Shown in pieces: positions 57,792-64,000 of a stretch of 64,000 nucleotides of DNA. A program made the position numbers and the translations under genes. Position 1 is the stretch's first letter. Every line of letters begins with the position of its first letter. Source of the stretch: an uncultured Gammaproteobacteria bacterium (GTDB lineage: Bacteria; Patescibacteriota; Microgenomatia; Levybacterales; UBA12049); contig CAZCCG010000002.1 in NCBI GenBank assembly GCA_964497535.1, positions 234,972 to 298,971 of the forward strand, read 5' to 3'. The notes under the pieces were generated by a model, which was not told the origin of the DNA, made no database searches, and was given only the letters and a program-made list of their open reading frames with translations.

Positions 57792-57843
57792 CCGCTCTGG
57801 CATTATCTTTATAAGTTTGCTTGTAAAAATGATGCTGGGGCGG
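57792..57843 (+). promoter_or_regulatory. 24-bp leader RNA hairpin
   Basis: 57792-57815 pairs with 57820-57843, with five G-U pairs and one mismatch. Loop TTTG. Confidence 0.65.
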
Positions 57844-57866
57844 CAGCAGAAAGTGAGGAACCCTAT

Positions 57867-58139
57867 ATGGGTCAAGGATATACACCTACCTTGGAAGGAT
57901 GGCCTGAGTGCCTGAGCACAGGAGGGAGTCGAGAAACTCTCTTACGACGGCTTGAGAGCGACAGGCAGCTTTACTGGATACGGCCACACCTGATCCAACG
58001 ATTTGGCAGTCTCGAAGCATCGCTGGACTTTATCACTACTCCCCGCAACGACCTGGATGGAAGGACGCTTTGGCAAGCGTTTGGATCGTTTCGGCCAGGA
58101 GAAGTGTTGGTAGTCCAGGATATCCTCAGGCGTCAGTAG
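57867..58139 (+). CDS. Small protein with MbcA/ParS/Xre (DUF2384)-like C-terminus
   Basis: RFGSLEASLDFITTPRNDLDGRT..GEVLVVQDIL. GAGGA SD. Confidence 0.5.
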   Translation: MGQGYTPTLEGWPECLSTGGSRETLLRRLESDRQLYWIRPHLIQRFGSLEASLDFITTPRNDLDGRTLWQAFGSFRPGEVLVVQDILRRQ

Positions 58140-58199
58140 CGAAATGATTCGTAGGGAAACCGCCTTCTTCCCTGCACATCGCCGAAAGGAATAAGCATC

Positions 58200-58796
58200 A
58201 TGGCCGACGATCAGACTAAGGCACATCAATGCTCTTTGTGCAAAACACCTGAAGATCAGGTAAAACTTATAGCTTGCCCCGAAGGCAGCTACTTCTGCGC
58301 CATCTGCGCTCAAAAATGGGCAGACGCCGCGATGGATTTGATCGGCGAAGACCCAATACAGCTTACAGACGCAGATATCGACGAGATCAGTCTTCGTATG
58401 CTCGCTGGGGAATCTGGCCAACCGCTTGAACTCGATGCACTTGGTATGCCTCGAGGACTACGGATCTCTGAAGATAGCTGGAGGGAAATCAAGCAGCACG
58501 TAAACGAAGTACTAGCAAGGAGTACGCCGATGGAACCGCAGGTATGCAAGTCTTACGAAGAAGCCAATCGGGTCAAAGACCGCCACCTACGAGAGCTCGT
58601 AGTACCTTTGACACTTACCGTGGGCGTATACAGCCGCTCCCGGGAAGAGGGAGACCCCGAACAATGGGTAATCGTAGTAGGACTCCGCAGGGAACCTACA
58701 GACCAAGAGCTGCAAGATCTTCCCATGGAGCTTGAAGGCATCCCTGTGCTGTATGAAAGAGAAGGGAGATCACAAGCAGCAAAGAAATCTGTCTAA
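58200..58796 (+). CDS. Protein with N-terminal ClpX-type C4 zinc finger
   Basis: CSLCKTPEDQVKLIACPEGSYFCAIC. AAGGA SD. Confidence 0.65.
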   Translation: MADDQTKAHQCSLCKTPEDQVKLIACPEGSYFCAICAQKWADAAMDLIGEDPIQLTDADIDEISLRMLAGESGQPLELDALGMPRGLRISEDSWREIKQHVNEVLARSTPMEPQVCKSYEEANRVKDRHLRELVVPLTLTVGVYSRSREEGDPEQWVIVVGLRREPTDQELQDLPMELEGIPVLYEREGRSQAAKKSV

Positions 58797-58816
58797 CTAT
58801 CAACGCAACCTACACC

Positions 58817-58849
58817 GCCCCCGAGGCTTCAGCTGAGGGGGCTTTTTTT
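58817..58849 (+). terminator. Intrinsic terminator
   Basis: GCCCCC...GGGGGC followed by TTTTTTT. Confidence 0.75.
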
Positions 58850-58877
58850 ATTTACAGATTCAAACTATAAAGCTCTA

Positions 58878-61010
58878 CTATTGATCTGAATTTGAAACTG
58901 GAAGAGTAATGTCTTCTCCAGTTCTTGCCGTATGGCTCACTAAAACCCGAGTGGGAATACCGTCTTTCTTCATCACCATACTTCCTCCATTAGAACCGCT
59001 GAGTTTGGCATCATATTTTTGTTCTATTCCTTCAACAGCATGATATGTCGTGCTGCTATATATTTTGCTACAACATTCATCATAAAAAGTGTTTTTCAGC
59101 GCTCCACTACTGATGCTACTTGCAGGGTCATATATTCTGCTGATTGTTGTGCTCAGTTGTAATCCCGGAAATGTTTGTAGTTTTGCTTTAAGCTCCGGGG
59201 TCAGAGGAAGAAATGTAGTCCCAATTGGTACAAATGTATCGGGTATGACATTTTCAAGATATACATTTTGTAGGTATGAATTTCGTGAATCATTGGTAAT
59301 CCCCAGTATTACTTGTGCAAGTACAGAGAGCATTTCATTCTCTCTTTTCGTATCAATTTTATTGGGATTTATAGAAATGAGATACCCGTTTGTATCCTGG
59401 ACTATTTTTTGCCCTGTAGGAGAATAGAGTGTTCCTCTTTTTCCTACCTGAGAAGTATAGGTAAAAGTAGTACCGGGAGTGAATTTATGCAGTAATAGAT
59501 CCCAATCCCACACAATTTTCCATTGTCCGTTTTCATTGACCAAGTTCATTGTTTTATCTTCTGAAAATGCACCAAGGTCTTGTGTTTTATAGATGACATG
59601 AAACTGTACTGATCCGTGGTTTCCAAAAAGAGGAATGGTTCGCTTTTTTTCAGAAACGGTTATATTTTTTACAGTAGCATTGATCAGTGCATTTTGTGCA
59701 ATTTTTCTAAATTGTTCTTGTGTCAACCCATTTTTGCTTGTCTGGGAAATATCTTCTGCATAGATGTCATGGAAATATTGATGGGAAAAATTATAGTAAT
59801 AATCCTGTATCGTAAATGGCTGGGTCGTTACCAGAAGCCAAGTAGTATAAAACAATCCCCCGCATGCCACAATAACAAAAAGAACTAATCCCACAGGTCG
59901 AAGCAGATACTTTTTAAATGCCTGCGCAAAAAGTAAATAGAGGATTGGAACAAAAAGAATTGTATAGCGGACATAAAAAGGAATATTGGTATAGATAAGA
60001 AGAGTTACTAACAAGAAAACGCATATTCCTTTGAGGAAAATATCTTTCTTTCGAGTTATGAGAGTTTTAACAGCAACACCAATACCTGCTACTGTAACAA
60101 TCGGCAGAAAAATCCACCATTCCCTGATCTTCTGAAAGGCTCCAGTAACAACATCTGGAAAATATCCAATAAGAATAGCATCCCATACAGACAAACGAAA
60201 CAATTGATTCTTGCCGTTGTAGTAAACCGATGCCATGTACTTATGCAGCTTGAGATAGTCCAGGATGGTATGACCCATAGCAAAATATCGAAAGTAAGGA
60301 ATAAATACTCCAACCACAAATGTAGCTAAAAATACTATGATAAAAATAAATCTCTTTTTGTAGAAAAGATAAACCAACTCCAAACAAAGAATTACAGGAA
60401 CCAGAAGCGGCGGCTTTGTTTCTGTAAAAAATCCCAGACTCAATCCGCTGATCCCAATCCATAGATACCTTATTTTGTGATTGGTATCGGTAACTGCATA
60501 GAAAAGAAAAAGAAAATTAATAAGGAGAAAAAGAAGCTGCAACAGATCCAGAGTGGTAGTCGTAAAATGAGTATAAACAAACGGCTCAACTACCAGTAAC
60601 GTTGTAGTCATCAGAGCTATTTTTTTATTTTTTAGTAATGCTTTGGCAAAAAAATAGAATGCTACAATAGTACCTATTCCAGTCAAAAATGCGAAGTAAA
60701 TGGGATTATGCAATAGGATAATACTTATGCCGATTAAATAGATTCCAACAGGAGGTTTATTGGCATTTGTCGTTTCGATACTGTCTCCCTGCATCATGCG
60801 ATATCCAGCATAACTATAAATTCCATCATCACCGATGATGCGTTGGGACAAAGGCAATGTCCACTGAGAATGTTCCATTCTATCTTTCCAATAAGAAACG
60901 TTATACTCCTGCAAAAAAAGATATCGGTTAAAATATAGTAATTGAAGAAATTGAAGAATAATGATTGCGAGGCAAAATAAGAAGAGCCGATTTTTTGTAA
61001 TAAAAGTCAT
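58878..61010 (-). CDS. GT-C (PMT-like) fused to NTF2-like/PBP-dimerisation (pedestal) domains, no transpeptidase
   Basis: N-terminal IGDDGIY..NKPP, ETK, about 10 TMs. C-terminal ENGQWKIVWD..KRGTLYSPTG..GIEQKYDAKLSGSNGG..GEDITL. Confidence 0.7.
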   Translation of the reverse strand: MTFITKNRLFLFCLAIIILQFLQLLYFNRYLFLQEYNVSYWKDRMEHSQWTLPLSQRIIGDDGIYSYAGYRMMQGDSIETTNANKPPVGIYLIGISIILLHNPIYFAFLTGIGTIVAFYFFAKALLKNKKIALMTTTLLVVEPFVYTHFTTTTLDLLQLLFLLINFLFLFYAVTDTNHKIRYLWIGISGLSLGFFTETKPPLLVPVILCLELVYLFYKKRFIFIIVFLATFVVGVFIPYFRYFAMGHTILDYLKLHKYMASVYYNGKNQLFRLSVWDAILIGYFPDVVTGAFQKIREWWIFLPIVTVAGIGVAVKTLITRKKDIFLKGICVFLLVTLLIYTNIPFYVRYTILFVPILYLLFAQAFKKYLLRPVGLVLFVIVACGGLFYTTWLLVTTQPFTIQDYYYNFSHQYFHDIYAEDISQTSKNGLTQEQFRKIAQNALINATVKNITVSEKKRTIPLFGNHGSVQFHVIYKTQDLGAFSEDKTMNLVNENGQWKIVWDWDLLLHKFTPGTTFTYTSQVGKRGTLYSPTGQKIVQDTNGYLISINPNKIDTKRENEMLSVLAQVILGITNDSRNSYLQNVYLENVIPDTFVPIGTTFLPLTPELKAKLQTFPGLQLSTTISRIYDPASSISSGALKNTFYDECCSKIYSSTTYHAVEGIEQKYDAKLSGSNGGSMVMKKDGIPTRVLVSHTARTGEDITLPVSNSDQ

Positions 61011-61020
61011 AAATTCTAGT

Positions 61021-61461
61021 TTAAACTAAATCTTTTACCTGCTCTCCTCTATTTATATATATTTCAATAATTGCTTTGTGTCCGGGTAAAATATTTTGAG
61101 GTAAATGTTCAAAAGAGTACCACTCCCATCCTTTGCATTTTTCAGGTTCTTTATTTTCAGGCTCTCCAATTACATTTTTTGCCACCATACCGAAGTGGAT
61201 AAAATTATAGCTATCTTGTAATTCTCTAACTACCCCAACATATTCCAATTCCTCTATTGCCAATCCGCATTCTTCTTCCAATTCTCTTTTTGCCGCATCC
61301 GTAATGGCCTCTTGAAGTTCTATCCTTCCTCCTGGCAACCCAAACCACCCTGCTCTGTAGGCATTGATCCTTTCACCCAGCAAAACCTCCCCCTGCGAAT
61401 TTGTAACAATAACTGCAACTCCTATATGTTCTTTTTGAGTAGAAACTTGTTCCTCTGCCAT
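61021..61461 (-). CDS. Nudix hydrolase (MutT/NUDT15-like)
   Basis: PGGRIELQEAITDAAKRELEEECG Nudix box, EPEKCKGWEW. Confidence 0.93.
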   Translation of the reverse strand: MAEEQVSTQKEHIGVAVIVTNSQGEVLLGERINAYRAGWFGLPGGRIELQEAITDAAKRELEEECGLAIEELEYVGVVRELQDSYNFIHFGMVAKNVIGEPENKEPEKCKGWEWYSFEHLPQNILPGHKAIIEIYINRGEQVKDLV

Positions 61462-61574
61462 GTGGACAATTATATATGATGATGAATTGAAAAGGTAGAA
61501 GGGACTGTGTCAATCTCAACCTAAAAACCCAAGCACTGTACTTGGATCTTTAGGAACAACCCACCAAAACGAGG

Positions 61575-62264
61575 TTAAGAAATTTTCTTCCTGCGCTTTC
61601 GTGAGCGTGTTGTTCCGCCCTTTGCTCCCATTGTCATATATGAACCTTTATCAAATCGGGATCTCGGAACATAATTCTCATCGATATCTGCATCAACTTC
61701 TCGTCTCATAAATCGATCCATAGGTTGAGTTACGGAATTGATATCGGTTGCACCATTTTGTTCCATGATATTCCATACTTCGTCTTCCCGATCGGCATAT
61801 GTTGGTACCGCCAGAAGAATCGCACCTTCACGAATTTTGCTTTCATATACTTCTGCCTGTTCCCGTGGAATTCCAAAACCCATAAGTGCTCCGATAATTC
61901 CTCCTGCTACTGCTCCTGTCGCGGCACCTGATACGGTAGTTGCTGCTGCTCCGGTAAGACCAAGCGCTGCTGCCAAAGGACCACCAATGAGAATCCCTCC
62001 AATGCCAGGAATTGCTATGGTACCTACTCCTACTAATAAACCTGCAATACCACCGACAACTGCCCCTGTGGTAGCACCGGTAACTGCTCCCTCTGCAACA
62101 TCTACTCCGGTTGTATCGGAAATATCATGCGCTTCATCTGTATCACGCATAACAAGGGAAATATCTTTGGTGCGATATCCTGCAGTTTCCAGATCGGAAA
62201 TGGCGTTTTCCGCATTATCACGATTTGTATAAATACCAAATATTGTTTTTGCAATTTGCATCAT
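61575..62264 (-). CDS. General stress protein-like (YflT/17M-type) with glycine-zipper helices
   Basis: IFGIY..AENAI..L..AGY..ISLV, GAxxGAxxGG zipper. Start at 62264 after AAGGAGGTGA. Confidence 0.75.
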   Translation of the reverse strand: MMQIAKTIFGIYTNRDNAENAISDLETAGYRTKDISLVMRDTDEAHDISDTTGVDVAEGAVTGATTGAVVGGIAGLLVGVGTIAIPGIGGILIGGPLAAALGLTGAAATTVSGAATGAVAGGIIGALMGFGIPREQAEVYESKIREGAILLAVPTYADREDEVWNIMEQNGATDINSVTQPMDRFMRREVDADIDENYVPRSRFDKGSYMTMGAKGGTTRSRKRRKKIS

Positions 62265-62384
62265 ATTCACCTCCTTTAAAACTCTCATTCCATTCTAAAA
62301 AAGGGAAATAAAATCTAAACAATAATTACGTAAGAGTTAAGAAAGAGTACGTCTACGGCCAAGTGCTTTACGCTTTACGCTTAA

Positions 62385-64000
62385 TTAGTCTGCTTTATAT
62401 GGGGAGGGTGCGTGAAGTACAGGACGTTGAGAAGCATGTGACTCATGTCCCTTTATTACTAATGGTTTTTTGAAAGCAACAGGTAATATTTCATCCATAT
62501 GGCTTACGAATACAAATTTGAGATCCCGCAATACTTCTTTTGGCACATCTTCCAAATCTTTCTTGTTTTCTTTCGGCAGGATTATAGTCTTGAGCCCTGC
62601 CCGATGAGCTGCTATTACTTTCTCTTTTACTCCTCCAATTTCTAAGACCCGTCCGCGAAGGGTTACTTCCCCTGTCATTCCTACTTTGCGATTCACAGGG
62701 ATTTTGGTAAGGGCCGATAAAATCGCGGTGGTTATTGCCCCTCCTGCTGAAGGACCATCTTTGGGAACAGCACCTTCCGGTACATGAACGTGTACATCGA
62801 GCTTATTATAAAACCCTTCTGCCAAACCAAATTGCTTTGCTCGTGCACGAATATATGAAAGTGCCGCTTGGCATGATTCCTTCATAACATCTCCCAGCTG
62901 TCCCGTAAGAAGCAGATGTCCATGTCCGGGCATCAGAGCTACTTCTATAAAAAGGATATCTCCGCCTGCTTCAGTCCATGCAAGGCCGGTGGACATACCG
63001 AATTCGTCCTTCTTTTCAATTAGTGTAGAACGATACCGAATGGTTCCCAAATATTTCGTGACATCGGATTCAGTTATAACGGTCTTACCTTTCTTCCCTT
63101 CAGCCACTTTTCTGGCAACTTTTCTAAAAAGTGTAGCGAGTTGTCGTTCAAGATTTCGTACCCCTGCCTCACGGGTGAAATGATTAATAACAAAGCGGAC
63201 TGCGTCATCGCTGACTTCTACCTTACTATCTGAAAGGCCATGCATTTCCATTTGTTTTTTGACAAGAAAATTTTTGGCTATCTGGAATTTCTCATCATGG
63301 GTATATCCGGCAAAATGGATAATTTCCAAACGATCACGGAGAGCAGGAGGAATGGTATCCAATACGTTGGCTGTTGTCACAAACATAACATTTGAGAGAT
63401 CAAATGGTGCTTCCAGATAATGATCTGAGAATTGACTGTTTTGCTCAGGATCAAGTGCTTCCAACAGCGCTGATGAAGGATCACCACGAAAATCTGTACC
63501 AACTTTATCTATTTCATCAAGCATAAAAACCGGATTTTTGGTTCCTGCGTCTTTGATGCCTTGGATAATGCGTCCCGGAAGGGCACCTACATAGGTTCGT
63601 CTATGTCCTCGAATTTCAGCCTCATCACGAATTCCTCCCAGTGATACTCGAACAAATTCACGACCCAATGCGCGCGCAATTGATTTCCCAATCGATGTCT
63701 TTCCTACTCCTGGTGGTCCGACAAAACACAAGATGGGTCCTTTCATTTTCCCGGAGAGTTTGTGTACTGCCAGGTATTCCAGAATCCGCTCTTTTGCCTT
63801 TTGCAATCCATAATGATCTTCATCCAATGTCTTTTCGGCTGTCTTAATATCAACACTATCTTTGCTTTCCTTACTCCAGGGAAGACTTACTAACCATTCC
63901 AGATAATTCCGAATATAACCGGCTTCCGGATTGAATTGATTCATTTGAGCAAGTTTGCGGACTTCCTTACGTGCTTTATCTTCTACTTCTTCAGGCATCC
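62385..64000 (-). CDS. lon: ATP-dependent Lon protease (5' part outside window)
   Basis: GPPGVGKT Walker [15 protein letters not shown] Ser and GGVKEK Lys dyad. Confidence 0.97.
   Translation of the reverse strand, partial: MPEEVEDKARKEVRKLAQMNQFNPEAGYIRNYLEWLVSLPWSKESKDSVDIKTAEKTLDEDHYGLQKAKERILEYLAVHKLSGKMKGPILCFVGPPGVGKTSIGKSIARALGREFVRVSLGGIRDEAEIRGHRRTYVGALPGRIIQGIKDAGTKNPVFMLDEIDKVGTDFRGDPSSALLEALDPEQNSQFSDHYLEAPFDLSNVMFVTTANVLDTIPPALRDRLEIIHFAGYTHDEKFQIAKNFLVKKQMEMHGLSDSKVEVSDDAVRFVINHFTREAGVRNLERQLATLFRKVARKVAEGKKGKTVITESDVTKYLGTIRYRSTLIEKKDEFGMSTGLAWTEAGGDILFIEVALMPGHGHLLLTGQLGDVMKESCQAALSYIRARAKQFGLAEGFYNKLDVHVHVPEGAVPKDGPSAGGAITTAILSALTKIPVNRKVGMTGEVTLRGRVLEIGGVKEKVIAAHRAGLKTIILPKENKKDLEDVPKEVLRDLKFVFVSHMDEILPVAFKKPLVIKGHESHASQRPVLHAPSPYKAD

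Noticed and set aside
57655-58741. Overlapping ORFs 57655-57915, 57664-57885, 57942-58421, 58310-58549, 58544-58735, 58553-58741
   Set aside because: They overlap the terminator, promoter or SD-led genes and lack their own signals.
56751-58796. Prophage
   Set aside because: No structural, terminase, integrase or replication genes were recognised.
61738-62232. 164-aa Ala/Pro-rich plus-strand ORF
   Set aside because: Antisense mirror of the glycine-zipper codons of the stress-protein gene.
1-64000. Alternative genetic code (TGA=Gly) as in some CPR lineages
   Set aside because: Genes are full-length under code 11 and TGA stops form ATGA couplings.

Overview
AT-rich, densely packed bacterial window that most resembles Patescibacteria/CPR (Microgenomates-like). 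This placement is inferred from DUF5652, PsbP-like tails, a large GT-C expansion and small palindromic repeats. TGA is used as a stop, so the genetic code is standard code 11. Bases 1 to about 54,000 are one continuous surface-glycosylation super-locus. It holds about 19 multi-TM GT-C-fold (PMT/ArnT/YfhO/PIG-V/AftD/MptA-like) genes plus one truncated copy, 10 GT2 (four of the polyprenol-P-sugar synthase type), 4 GT4, 2 flippases, and sugar-nucleotide enzymes (RfbH/DdhC, SDR, RmlD-like, DegT-type aminotransferase, WecD-like acetyltransferase, GalE). At 54.1-54.5 kb a tRNA-Glu(CTC) is preceded by a duplicated 5' tRNA fragment and a small GIY-YIG nuclease gene whose stop codon lies inside the tRNA. 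Downstream are cassette-like units separated by two copies of a headless 'NWNQI..SLE..GY*' tail that looks like an att-site or recombinase C-terminus scar. Next come a GC-richer block of SD-led genes with twin promoters sharing a GTACATTGATAG leader motif, a GT-C fused to a class B PBP pedestal that lacks its transpeptidase, a Nudix hydrolase, a general-stress protein and the 3' part of lon. All family assignments come from motif reading by eye; no database search was run.
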